Below are positions 23,101-31,605 of a stretch of 64,000 nt of DNA, one piece after another. The notes below the pieces were generated by a model. That model saw only the letters and a program-made list of their open reading frames with translations, searched no databases and had not been told where the DNA came from. Every line of letters starts with the position of its first letter. Within the stretch, counting starts at the first letter, position 1. The translations under genes and the position numbers were made by a program. The DNA is from a bacterium (GTDB taxonomy: Bacteria > Zhuqueibacterota > Zhuqueibacteria > Residuimicrobiales > Krinioviventaceae): positions 4,768,001 through 4,832,000 of the forward strand of contig OY843751.1 of NCBI GenBank assembly GCA_963693055.1, written 5' to 3'.

Positions 23101-23977
23101 AGTCACTTTTAATATTATGGTTGAGAACCGTTGTCCGATTATCAGTAGTTTTGAACCCGCTGATACAACCAGCTTTGATGTGAAACAAGACAGTAACCGG
23201 ATCATCTTTAAAGTTTCAGCAATGGACCCGGATTTTGACGTACTGACTTTTGAATGGAGAGTAAACGATGTTTACAACGGGGCAGATACAACATTGACCG
23301 TTCCATTCAGCAAAGATTTCTTCCCCAGTCCGAACAATACGGTCCAGGTTTTAATATCTGACGGATCTTGTCAAAAATCGATTACCTGGAAAGTGGTACT
23401 AACCGCTATCGAATTAAATACATTTGAGGCAATCTCTCAAAAAGGCGGCATAGAACTGTTCTGGGAAACTTCATCAGAAACACAGAATGCCGGTTTTTAT
23501 GTTATTCGCAGCACCATGGAACACGGTACCTATCAACGTATCAATAACGAGATCATTAGTCCATCATTTAATGGTGAATATAGTTTTGTGGATACAGATG
23601 CTAAAGCAGGTATCACCTATTATTACAAATTACAGGATATTGACATCTATGGTTCTTTGAACGAACACGGACCGGTTACGGCCAAAGCAGCACTTCCGGA
23701 TAAATTTGCACTGTCGCAAAACTATCCAAATCCGTTCAACCCAAGCACCACTATCAGCTTTGAGCTGCCTGAACCGGCTGACGTCAAAATTGTGATATTC
23801 AACACCAATGGTCAATTGGTAAAGACCCTGGTAGATTCTCGTCTTGAACCGGGCTATCATAACATTCTCTGGAATGCTAAAAATGATCAGGGAATCTCGT
23901 TACCATCCGGTATCTATTTTTACAAGATGCAGGCTAAAGATTTCACACTGGCCAAAAAACTTTTATTATTGAAATAA
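17132..23977 (+). CDS. Second giant secreted paralog with the same architecture (start probably 17171 or 17177)
   Basis: Same domain order; shared mature N-terminus PPTHT..LY; QHFGVG; ~11 Ig repeats; LSQNYPNPFNPSTT tail. Confidence 0.85.
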   Translation: MPCKRGINKMLAGMLMYKKTFRLFSVALVFLCASIATAQVPPTHTSVLYQDDLVSAGQKDIGYITNSNGSFQADGWKTTGPSSKLVIELNEFLPHEGTMQVKIKNLNPATQVNNDWSLISLWSRANGSWRDMNSTPGSYVLLKTEPDAQYISGGNVAWKLVETPFYGGDTGNPNAMNISNTTMQTWDATMEHTFKIIWNPQYLWIIIDGEMVKRKAYKDQIENFEYIFLGSDNEYGSMAGPTFTDLQILVPSSSFSFENVTKSADLASDMIFGEQGVSLVDLNNDGLDDIYLNYCNTADGIPNALYLNSNSQLFTEDASSAGLDNTNCSNSSTFADFDGDGDLDLFIAKVNSPNKLYINNGSGIFSDQSTSRGISSLNYSTVNAMAIDIENDGDLDIFAVSSTQNHELYVNQGNGTFALETRGTNNPTGAVMGAVAGDVNNDGFVDIFIAQRSAACGLLINDGTGNFSNEAASRNANQSIKANNPTMMDYDNDGDLDIFLAPSSTSTTPDPRVLVLKNNGNGVFTDISNTANINIEAYGLVSGDIDNDGYEDLYAVRSNRRDVVDDHSSRIYINNGDDTFTALTGTGAEAIFSDGRAGIMIDYDNDGLLDLYGVSKGNLYNGSSYDTIDFGRNQLLKNTTETPNNWLKVVVNDIAGNPDGMGAKIWVYEAGRNFSNDYLIGYRDVYAMQGYTSQGSMTQHFGVGSNTQVDVKIQMPGEEAKTINNVVVNRTVEFNPSLVVPHHINVSGHDQTGTAGNTLANPLQVYVYAEDSTPAPGITVQFDVTAGGGTLDGNTETQIITTTDENGLAQVTWKMGTTAGQENTVRVTSEYNGSALEGSPFDASITPVAGDPAKLVKSSGDVQTGYILQFLDNPIIAQVTDAFNNPVSGHDVIFTVSTGGGSVDQSGTTTFQAQTDQDGLAQVNWLLGETIGTQTLNATSTFDSNPLTNSPLSFSATGLAPQQKLQYQSGNYQTKLINSALDPFTVKVVDFTDAPIANEEIEFKVISGNGTFGEESSVNVLTNAQGIASATATLGSTAGDTIYVFHAISPGASGSPVIFKASATPGSAAKLAEVTNTNYQSGPVNRTLENDIAVLVTDASDNPVPGYTVTFTVSKGGGKVDGATYANVTSDENGKASAAFKLGTAVGENIAIASADALEGSPITFFADGETSTPARIDIVSGNNQSGNLGQQLAQPFVVVVRDSFFNAINNHTVQYSVTEGDGNIEGQTVANKQTNEIGRTSAYLTLGTTAYTNIVQVSAFQNDNPLINSPVTFVASTGPGDPKYLVYESGNNQIGRISAQLPAPFKVKVTDENGIPVKGHEVQFISYTTGAHFSGSNMMTAQTDADGFATATPTLGSNYSTYEFEAVAKFNNVSLGGSPLVFEAYGRKSTATQIENLSTGSLTGTAGLVLGDSLKIRVKDGNGNPVANHPVEFQVTSGSGSFLNDHHSSVSINSNSSGIASVGVTLRQTPGTVTITAISDNGLANGDLDGSPINYTITAVTGAPDPDNCTIQSTDNVLADGQTPSQITVTLKDAFENPVSGKTVMLESAGIEVTKNQPQTATNAGGQTSGSIVSENVGQVYVWAVVDDQIVKRDTITFVTGSPAIISTIGSGQFAVAGKTLNNTVGVWVQDEYNHPIPGVSTTFTVVDGGGSVTESQPVTTNSEGKALVHWQLGSAIGLQHLNAAVDGVVETYEITAIATAPTLANITKVAGDSAIGLVNQEYHFTAAVIDTNDNPIVNYNVSFELLLGTGEGQGNFTTATTVATNNEGKATVTFESGTLTGLHKIKATATDYGHVVFDFIVEEQRSITMEKLEGDGNTVRPNTDIDLSVKITNAFNQPVSDESIKFQVVEGLGVLKDIQPVATSDKGIAYSTWSVSTLAGTHKVKVTPVDAVGDSVNFTAIVVNAAPVLMDMPETVNINWGEIYELTITAEDPDEDNVRFGIRGLPLNAEFDSTGTQKFTWEPSAAQEGEHEVIFIAADPYGLSDSTKVTFNIMVENRCPIISSFEPADTTSFDVKQDSNRIIFKVSAMDPDFDVLTFEWRVNDVYNGADTTLTVPFSKDFFPSPNNTVQVLISDGSCQKSITWKVVLTAIELNTFEAISQKGGIELFWETSSETQNAGFYVIRSTMEHGTYQRINNEIISPSFNGEYSFVDTDAKAGITYYYKLQDIDIYGSLNEHGPVTAKAALPDKFALSQNYPNPFNPSTTISFELPEPADVKIVIFNTNGQLVKTLVDSRLEPGYHNILWNAKNDQGISLPSGIYFYKMQAKDFTLAKKLLLLK

Positions 23978-23987
23978 ATATCGTACC

Positions 23988-24022
23988 TTTAACCCGGCAA
24001 TTTTTACGATTGCCGGGTTAAA
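23988..24022 (+). terminator. Hairpin after the giant-protein pair
   Basis: TTTAACCCGGCAAT...ATTGCCGGGTTAAA inverted repeat. Confidence 0.7.
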
Positions 24023-24050
24023 TAATCCTCCAAACAAATAAAGACAGCGT

Positions 24051-24917
24051 ATGAAATATATCATTCTGGCAATGCGCCCAAAACAATGGATAAAGAATAT
24101 TCTTGTCTTTGCAGGCGTCATCTTTGCTGAAGATCTTTTCAACCTTCAATTAATTCAGGATTCCATTTTTGCATTTATCATATTTTGTATGATCTCCAGC
24201 AGTACATACTTGATAAATGACATTGTAGACAGGAAAAAAGATGCAATGCACCCCAAGAAAAAGAACCGTCCCATTGCATCGGGTAAAGTTTCTGTTCAGC
24301 TTGCGCTTATCCTGGCAATTGTTCTCATCATAACCAGCCAATTTTTTGCATATCGTTTGCAATTGTCTTTTGGCATTATTATCTCGCTCTATTTCGTTAC
24401 CACACTGCTCTACTCGATGGTTCTCAAGCGCATCATTATACTGGATGTAATGATTATTGCTTCTGGTTTTATTTTCAGAGCGGTTGGCGGTACCTTTGCA
24501 ATCAATGAGCATGTATCATCCTGGTTAATTATTTGTACCATGTTTTTGGCTCTATTCTTTGCACTCAATAAAAGACGGGCAGAGCTGATCTCTCTGGGTG
24601 ATAATGCGGGTTCTGTTCGCAAAACATTGTCCGGTTATAGCTTGACATTTCTCGACCAGATGATAAACGTGGTCACCGCTACCTGTCTGGTCACCTATGC
24701 ATTGTACACATTGGATGCAGAAACGGTTGAAAAATTTGGTTCACGCAATCTTGTATTCACATTACCGTTTGTTATATATGGTCTATTTCGATATCTGTAC
24801 CTGGCCTATCATTTAAACCTGGGTGAAACCCCGGAAACCACCCTGGTACGAGATAAACCCATATTGATTTGTATGGCAATGTATGCCATTTCAATTATAG
24901 TTATTATTTATTTATAA
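24051..24917 (+). CDS. Decaprenyl-phosphate phosphoribosyltransferase-like UbiA family protein
   Basis: MRPKQWIKN, YLINDIVD...D.MHPKKKNRPIASG, KRRAEL; multiple TM segments. Confidence 0.88.
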   Translation: MKYIILAMRPKQWIKNILVFAGVIFAEDLFNLQLIQDSIFAFIIFCMISSSTYLINDIVDRKKDAMHPKKKNRPIASGKVSVQLALILAIVLIITSQFFAYRLQLSFGIIISLYFVTTLLYSMVLKRIIILDVMIIASGFIFRAVGGTFAINEHVSSWLIICTMFLALFFALNKRRAELISLGDNAGSVRKTLSGYSLTFLDQMINVVTATCLVTYALYTLDAETVEKFGSRNLVFTLPFVIYGLFRYLYLAYHLNLGETPETTLVRDKPILICMAMYAISIIVIIYL

Positions 24918-24941
24918 GCATTATAATATTAAGGGAGTAAT

Positions 24942-25979
24942 ATGAAAGTATTAGTAACAGGTGGAAGCGGATTTTTAGGCATCAATATGATTCGTTATCT
25001 GATGTCTAAAGGGATCACCGATATTGTATCTCTGGATATTGTAGATTTTGATTATCCTGAAAAAGATAAAATCACAGAGATTAAAGGTGATATTCGAGAT
25101 GAAGAAGCTGTAAAAAAAGCAATGCAGGGAGTTAGCTGGGTTATTCATACTGCAGCAGCTTTACCACTCTATACTGAACAAGAGATCATGACCATTGATG
25201 TGGATGGCACTCGTATGCTGCTTAAACATGCTCAGGAAAATAATGTTGAACGTTTTGTTCACACTTCTTCAACTGCGGTTTACGGTATACCTGACCATCA
25301 TCCCCTTTACGAAGACGATAAACTGGATGGTGTAGGCCCTTATGGTATTGCAAAGATTGAAGCTGAAAAAGTTTGCCTGGAGTACCGTAAAAAAGGCATG
25401 TGCGTTCCCATTATTCGTCCCAAATCATTTATAGGACCAGAAAGATTGGGCGTTTTTGCAATCTTTTATGAATGGGCAAGAGATGGCAAAAATTTCCCAA
25501 TGATTGGAAATGGCAAAAACCGTTATCAGCTATTGGATGTTGAAGATCTTTGCACGTCTATCTATTTATGCCTCACACTTGATAAAGAAACCGTTAACGA
25601 TACATTCAATATAGGCGCCAAAGAATTCACCACCATGAAAGAAGACTATCAGGCAGTTTTAGACAAGGCCGGATTTGGTAAAAAAATCATTCCGTTTCCG
25701 GATGGCCCTGTCATCTTTATGCTGAGATTGCTTGAAGCATTAAAACTGTCACCTCTTTACAAATGGATCTATGAAACCGCATCCAAAGATTCGTTTGTTT
25801 CTGTAGAAAAAGCAGAAAAAACGCTGGGTTTTGTATCACAATTTTCCAACAAAGACGCCCTGCTCCGCAACTACCAATGGTATCTGGAAAAATACGATCC
25901 GAACCTGAAAATTACCGGTGTTTCTCACAGAGTACCATGGAAACAGGGAATTCTAAAGGTGGCAAAAGCATTTTTCTAA
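24942..25979 (+). CDS. NAD-dependent epimerase/dehydratase (extended SDR)
   Basis: VLVTGGSGFLG, HTSSTAVYG, YGIAK. Confidence 0.9.
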   Translation: MKVLVTGGSGFLGINMIRYLMSKGITDIVSLDIVDFDYPEKDKITEIKGDIRDEEAVKKAMQGVSWVIHTAAALPLYTEQEIMTIDVDGTRMLLKHAQENNVERFVHTSSTAVYGIPDHHPLYEDDKLDGVGPYGIAKIEAEKVCLEYRKKGMCVPIIRPKSFIGPERLGVFAIFYEWARDGKNFPMIGNGKNRYQLLDVEDLCTSIYLCLTLDKETVNDTFNIGAKEFTTMKEDYQAVLDKAGFGKKIIPFPDGPVIFMLRLLEALKLSPLYKWIYETASKDSFVSVEKAEKTLGFVSQFSNKDALLRNYQWYLEKYDPNLKITGVSHRVPWKQGILKVAKAFF

Positions 25980-26002
25980 AACTAGTTTTATTTCAATTTA
26001 CT

Positions 26003-26040
26003 GCCCCAATACATATATGGAACTGTATTGGGGTATTTTT
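26003..26040 (+). terminator. Rho-independent terminator
   Basis: GCCCCAATACA...TGTATTGGGGT followed by a T-run. Confidence 0.7.
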
Positions 26041-26093
26041 GTTAAATACAGAGTTAAAAGCTGAATTTAAACAAAATTAACAGGATTATTATC

Positions 26094-26122
26094 TTGCCTG
26101 ATCGATGTTTATTTTGTAAGTT
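26094..26122 (+). promoter_or_regulatory. Putative sigma70 promoter
   Basis: TTGCCT-17 nt-TAAGTT upstream of the TPR gene. Confidence 0.4.
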
Positions 26123-26157
26123 GCTGTATTATTTTTGTCAACGGAGTTATTAACATT

Positions 26158-28386
26158 ATGCGCAAATACTATATAATCCTCGGACTAGTGATATTGCTAT
26201 CTGCTTGTACAAGTTATCGCAAGACTAACGAGGAAAAAGTACGTAAAAAGCTGGAATATTCCGTTGCGCAATATAATAAAATGGCTTTGGCTAAAGCAGA
26301 CAGCCAAAGATATGATCTAGCCATAGATATTCTACGTGAAGCACTTTATCTGACTCCCTGGGATCCCGAGCTTTTTCTCAACCTCGGTTCCATGTTTTAT
26401 TATAACGACCAGCTAGACTCGGCAGAATTCATGTTCAAACGAGCTACATTGATGCGCCCTTCATTTGCAATGGCGTACACAAACCTGTCCAAAGTTTATA
26501 TAAAACAGAAAAAATACAAACAAGCACTGGATGCGGTTGATAATGCAATAGAACAAGACCCTGAATTTTCAGAAGCCTGGTTAACCAAATCAGAGATCTA
26601 TCTGGAGAATAACCTCATTGATGATGCCGTAACATTACTTAAGGAACAAACTGAAAAAGAACCAGACATTTCAGAATACCATTCACAATTAGGTTATATT
26701 TATCAAAAAACCGGATTAATCGATGATGCTATAAACGAATATCTTTATGCATTGAATATAGATCCGGGTGCTTCTTCCATTTATTTCAACCTGGGAAATG
26801 CTTTTTTTCAACAATGCCGGTTAGGTGACGCGCAATCAGCTTTTCTACAAGCGATAGAGTTAGACACCACCATAGAAACGACATATAACAATTACAGCCT
26901 GGTGTTGATCAATATGGAACAATATCGGGATGCCATAAGAACTTTGAACAAAGCTTTAGAGAAAAATCCCAAATCCTCTGTTGTCTTGTTTAATCTTTCC
27001 ATTGCTATGGACCGTGTAAAAAACTATGACAAGGCATTGGAATATATCAACAAGGCTATAGAGAGAGACAGTTCGCGAATTGTCTTTTATGTTCATAAAG
27101 GTAACATGTTGAAAAAAACCAACAAACTTGAAGAAGCCTTGAAAGAATATGAAAATGCTTTAAATATTGACAGCAATTCTACAACCGCCTATAATAACCT
27201 GGGCAACACCCTGATGTTATTAGGAAGAATTGACGAAGCAAATCTGGCATACCAGAAATCCATAGAACTATATACGGAACCATCCAGTCAGCCAAACACC
27301 TCTTCACTTGATCATGTTGACAAGGGAATTACCATGGTAGTCGGCTGGTGCAGTGATCCCTATCGCATTTATAAAGAATATGCCATGCTTTACAATAATC
27401 TGGGTAAAGCAAGAATTCTTTCAGGACAAATATCTCAGGCCAAACAAGCTTTTAAAATTGCAATTAATTATAATCCAGATTTTGTTGAGGGCTATCAAAA
27501 CCTTGCCGCTGTCTATTTTCAATTGGACCAGAAAGCACTTGGTAAAGATGCATTATCAATGTCGCGCATAAAAGCAGGAGATCTCTGGTATGATCAGCAG
27601 CTATACCAGGCTGCTCGGGAACAGTATCTTGATGCGCAAAAGATAGATCCAACACTCCCCCTGGCTCTTGCAAAAATGGCTTTACTAAACAAACGATTGG
27701 GACAAGATATCTCTGCAATTCAATACAAAAATGCCAAAAAAGCGATTTACGAAGATACAGATATGTATGTCACTCTTGCAGAATACTGCCAGCTTGATGA
27801 AAATCCAGAGGATGCATTAAAATACTATAAAAAAGCCATAGAACTGTCACCCGCATCTTTAACCGCATTAAGTAAAGCAGCAGATTTTTGTGAAACGAGT
27901 TATCCTGAATTGGCAAAACAATACAAAGCGGATGTACACTTTCTCAAAGGCAAGGCACTAAACTTTGCTAATCTGGATGATGCCGCCGTAGAACAGTATA
28001 AACAGGCAGTAGCGTTAGATTCCACACACATAAATTCATCACTTGCGTTGGCAGTACTTTATATGAAAAAGAACCATATGGAACGTGCCAAGGACCAATA
28101 CAACCGGGTATTAAGAATTGATCCTGAAAATTCGAAAGCAATGCTGGGACTGGGAACATTATATGGCAACCAACAGCAATTTGACAAAGCGATTGCTTAT
28201 CTTCAGCAAACGCTTATACAAGACTCTACAAATGCCCAGGCCCATTATACACTGGGTGTGAATTACTATTTCTTGAATGATCTTGATAATGCACTCGAAC
28301 ATACGCAAAAAGCTCAGAAACTGGGTATAGAAATAAATAATGAATTTTTGCAGAAACTCTTGGATGATAAAGAAACAAAAAGGTAA
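26158..28386 (+). CDS. Multi-TPR lipoprotein
   Basis: Lipobox LSAC; many repeats of AY.NLG......G...A...Y..A..LDP. Confidence 0.88.
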   Translation: MRKYYIILGLVILLSACTSYRKTNEEKVRKKLEYSVAQYNKMALAKADSQRYDLAIDILREALYLTPWDPELFLNLGSMFYYNDQLDSAEFMFKRATLMRPSFAMAYTNLSKVYIKQKKYKQALDAVDNAIEQDPEFSEAWLTKSEIYLENNLIDDAVTLLKEQTEKEPDISEYHSQLGYIYQKTGLIDDAINEYLYALNIDPGASSIYFNLGNAFFQQCRLGDAQSAFLQAIELDTTIETTYNNYSLVLINMEQYRDAIRTLNKALEKNPKSSVVLFNLSIAMDRVKNYDKALEYINKAIERDSSRIVFYVHKGNMLKKTNKLEEALKEYENALNIDSNSTTAYNNLGNTLMLLGRIDEANLAYQKSIELYTEPSSQPNTSSLDHVDKGITMVVGWCSDPYRIYKEYAMLYNNLGKARILSGQISQAKQAFKIAINYNPDFVEGYQNLAAVYFQLDQKALGKDALSMSRIKAGDLWYDQQLYQAAREQYLDAQKIDPTLPLALAKMALLNKRLGQDISAIQYKNAKKAIYEDTDMYVTLAEYCQLDENPEDALKYYKKAIELSPASLTALSKAADFCETSYPELAKQYKADVHFLKGKALNFANLDDAAVEQYKQAVALDSTHINSSLALAVLYMKKNHMERAKDQYNRVLRIDPENSKAMLGLGTLYGNQQQFDKAIAYLQQTLIQDSTNAQAHYTLGVNYYFLNDLDNALEHTQKAQKLGIEINNEFLQKLLDDKETKR

Positions 28387-30623
28387 TGTACTCAATGAAA
28401 CGATATTTTATATATCTACTAGCTATTCTACTCCTGATCATAAATTGCGGTCCGGGAGAGCAGCCCATCACACTCATCAGCCCAAGCCAGATTTGTACAA
28501 TTGTACTGGATCTGGGGAATTATGACGATGCCGTAAAAGCAAGCCAGGTTATAGATCATAACAATATCACCCTTGACAGTCTTGATCAGGCAATAGCCAT
28601 TCACGCTTATGCTGCCCGTGAACTACAACAATATCTGGCTAAAATGCTGGAATTGAGTACGCAAGAGATCCCCATTGTAGACGACAATGATATACCGGAT
28701 GGTCCCATTATTTTTATTGGTACTCCTCGCTCCGGAGGAAAACGCGAGGCGGTATACAAAAAATTGAGAAAACGCTGGAAAAAAACCAAATCCAAATCTC
28801 CGCAATGTTTTCGTCAGGATACTTTTTGGTTCAAAGAATCACAAGACTTTTTGGTGTTGAGCGGCCGCACCCCAACTGCAGTCCTCTATTCAGTATATGA
28901 TTTTCTGGACAGGTTGGGTGTTCGCTGGATTTCCCCACAAGCCAGTGGAGAAATTGTGCCTAAACAGGGTGGTCTGATCCTTCAACCCATTGCCAGGTAT
29001 TTTACACCGCAAATGAAGCTTCGTGGTTTTCTTTATGATTATTTGGGAGAGGTGCCTGCGTCTCAACAACTCACACCCGAATTTTTGACCTGGATGGGTA
29101 GAAACAGATTAAACCTGGCCAAATACAGCGACTCTACCAGATATCTGTACAACAAACTGGGAATCAAAACTACCAACGGCGATGTCGAGCTATTGAAAAT
29201 GGCACTAAATCCTGATGCGCCCTATCCGTATAAGCATAAAAGTTTTGAAAATCCGGGAGCAACAGAGCCAGATCCATATCCGTTATCATCACAATTTACA
29301 GGAGACCGGAATAAAGACAATATCCTGTCTTATTTTGAAGCTCACCCGGAATGGTACCTTGTATCGTCTCAGGAACCGGCATTGTGTGTTTCTCAGAATA
29401 CATTCATGTCAGAAATATTAAAACAAATCAAAGACCGTCTTTCAAATCAATGGAAAAATATTGATTATTTAGAATTGTACAATATTAGTCAACTACCTTG
29501 GTGCTCTTGTAACGAATGCAGCAATCTGGGTAATGATACCAATAAATGGTTATACATGCTGCAAATTGTAAACACAGAAATTCAAAAATCATCCACCCCC
29601 AAAAAAATCATTGGCCTGAATGACAAATATACAGTTGTTCCCCCTGAGCAAGAGTTGCAGGGATTTGATTATGATAACATCCAGGTTTTCATCAGTCCCC
29701 ACCACCGGTGTTACAATCACACCCTTTACGACGAAAAATGCAAAGTAAATTATAATATTGTCGAATCGTTACATAGCTGGCAAAACCAAAACAGCAATTA
29801 TGAAAACAGTATAAATGTTTGCGAATTATATAATAACAGAGATTTTCAAAATCTGCCTTTATTATTTACAACAGTCATGAACCTTGATATGCCCTTGTAT
29901 CATAAACTCGGGGTTAAAGGCATGGCCACTGAAAATCCTTGGGTGACCAATGGTGGTGCTAATAATTTCATGAACTATCAATTAGCACGACAAGCATGGC
30001 GTCAGCATGTGGATCTCGACTCTTTAAAAATAGAGTACATCGTAAACCAGTATCCGGGTGCATATCAGTTGATGCAGGAATATTATAATAAAATTGAAGA
30101 AGCCATGGCAAATATTGCCGTATGGAAATGGGACCTTGCAGATCAGGTTAACCATGTAATTCTGGATTCTACCGCTAAAACCCTGTTACCCCTGGAAAAT
30201 TTTGCCGATCATTTCACGCTCGATGAAACAACTTCCAATCCTCAAACAGGAACTAATTGGGAGCGGACATATCAATTGATTTATGAGGTTCAATATATCC
30301 TGTATGAAGCACTAACAGGAGATATTCCTCCGCAAACCCAAAAAAGATTGCTTGAATTGAATCAACAAAAAAAATATTCAGAATTAATGGTGAACCTGTA
30401 CGATAATGTGATACGGTCCATGACCCTGGGACAGGATGAACCGGAAATGAAAATTGAATCCCTAATCCGGTTGGAAGAAATAGAGAATGAGTTAAAAGAT
30501 TTTACCATTACAGAACCAGCCTTTGGCATAAAAAATGGACTAGAAGCATCTGGTATTCAAAAAGCTGTTAATCAACTGGTAATGGATAATCAATCTGTAA
30601 TCAATAAGTACAAAACACCATAG
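28386..30623 (+). CDS. DUF4838-like exported protein (GH20/GH67-like N-domain plus putative TIM barrel)
   Basis: AARELQQYL, AVLYSVYDFLDRLGVRW, WMGRNRLN, AHPEWY, LC.S, WCSCNEC; translationally coupled to the TPR gene. Confidence 0.65.
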   Translation: MYSMKRYFIYLLAILLLIINCGPGEQPITLISPSQICTIVLDLGNYDDAVKASQVIDHNNITLDSLDQAIAIHAYAARELQQYLAKMLELSTQEIPIVDDNDIPDGPIIFIGTPRSGGKREAVYKKLRKRWKKTKSKSPQCFRQDTFWFKESQDFLVLSGRTPTAVLYSVYDFLDRLGVRWISPQASGEIVPKQGGLILQPIARYFTPQMKLRGFLYDYLGEVPASQQLTPEFLTWMGRNRLNLAKYSDSTRYLYNKLGIKTTNGDVELLKMALNPDAPYPYKHKSFENPGATEPDPYPLSSQFTGDRNKDNILSYFEAHPEWYLVSSQEPALCVSQNTFMSEILKQIKDRLSNQWKNIDYLELYNISQLPWCSCNECSNLGNDTNKWLYMLQIVNTEIQKSSTPKKIIGLNDKYTVVPPEQELQGFDYDNIQVFISPHHRCYNHTLYDEKCKVNYNIVESLHSWQNQNSNYENSINVCELYNNRDFQNLPLLFTTVMNLDMPLYHKLGVKGMATENPWVTNGGANNFMNYQLARQAWRQHVDLDSLKIEYIVNQYPGAYQLMQEYYNKIEEAMANIAVWKWDLADQVNHVILDSTAKTLLPLENFADHFTLDETTSNPQTGTNWERTYQLIYEVQYILYEALTGDIPPQTQKRLLELNQQKKYSELMVNLYDNVIRSMTLGQDEPEMKIESLIRLEEIENELKDFTITEPAFGIKNGLEASGIQKAVNQLVMDNQSVINKYKTP

Positions 30624-30684
30624 TTTCTTGTAAACATATTCAAGGATCCATTCGTCTAAATATTGATAACCAAATTCAAGGACT

Positions 30685-31605
30685 ATGAAACAGCTTTATA
30701 CATATATATTCATTCTATCGCTGGTACTGACATCATGTACTTTTGCCCCAATATTTGTTTATGAATGGGGTCCGGATGAGACTTATAACTTGCCCGGCTC
30801 TTATAACCAGCTCAATACGGTTTTAACCGATTCTTCTGGCAGGCAATGGACACTCTATGCCTCTAACGCATATGGCTTTTGGGAATTCTGGATGTCCTGG
30901 GCGGATAAAGATGGAGACTGGTCAAGACCGGTTTATACGGGTATTCCTTCAAATCCCAATTATTATTATGAATGGGACATTGTAGAGCCCAACAAGTTTA
31001 ATATAAAGCGTACCTGGAATGGCGGTCGGGAAACATTTTACCAAAGAATGATGTATGATACCAAAGTAAAAGACTATATCATAAATAAATACGATATATT
31101 TTATGACACCGATGCCGATGGCTTGACCGATTATTCAGAATACGTCTTGTTAACCGACCCCCTTGATAACGATACAGATGGCGATGGTAAAGCAGATGGC
31201 TTTGATTCCAATCCACTTGCAGGCCCCCCTGCCGATTCTTTGTCTGAACATGTCAGACTGCATAAATATATTATTGAAAGACAATTATATCTATTCGATA
31301 CCAAACGCCTGGTTATTGTTGAACAGTTTGAAAATACTCCAATGGAATACAATCGTCGGGATGGTCTTGTACTGAGTCTCTCGTCAGATGAATGCGACAA
31401 TTACCTGGATGAATTTGGATATGGAACCCCCATCATGACCGCATCAATTAAGGATACACTGAGCTATTATCTTGTTAATTATCAGCTTTATATCGATCCG
31501 GATACCGCCTTTGGGTTTGACGCTCTTTATAGATGGAGTGATAAATATAATCAATTTGTTCGCAGAAAAACCCTCTATAACTGGGAATCCGTACCGAGTC
31601 GTTAA
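30685..31605 (+). CDS. Lipoprotein with thrombospondin type 3-like Ca-binding motifs
   Basis: Lipobox LTSC; DTDADGLTDYSE...TDPLDNDTDGDGKADGFDSNPL. Confidence 0.7.
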   Translation: MKQLYTYIFILSLVLTSCTFAPIFVYEWGPDETYNLPGSYNQLNTVLTDSSGRQWTLYASNAYGFWEFWMSWADKDGDWSRPVYTGIPSNPNYYYEWDIVEPNKFNIKRTWNGGRETFYQRMMYDTKVKDYIINKYDIFYDTDADGLTDYSEYVLLTDPLDNDTDGDGKADGFDSNPLAGPPADSLSEHVRLHKYIIERQLYLFDTKRLVIVEQFENTPMEYNRRDGLVLSLSSDECDNYLDEFGYGTPIMTASIKDTLSYYLVNYQLYIDPDTAFGFDALYRWSDKYNQFVRRKTLYNWESVPSR

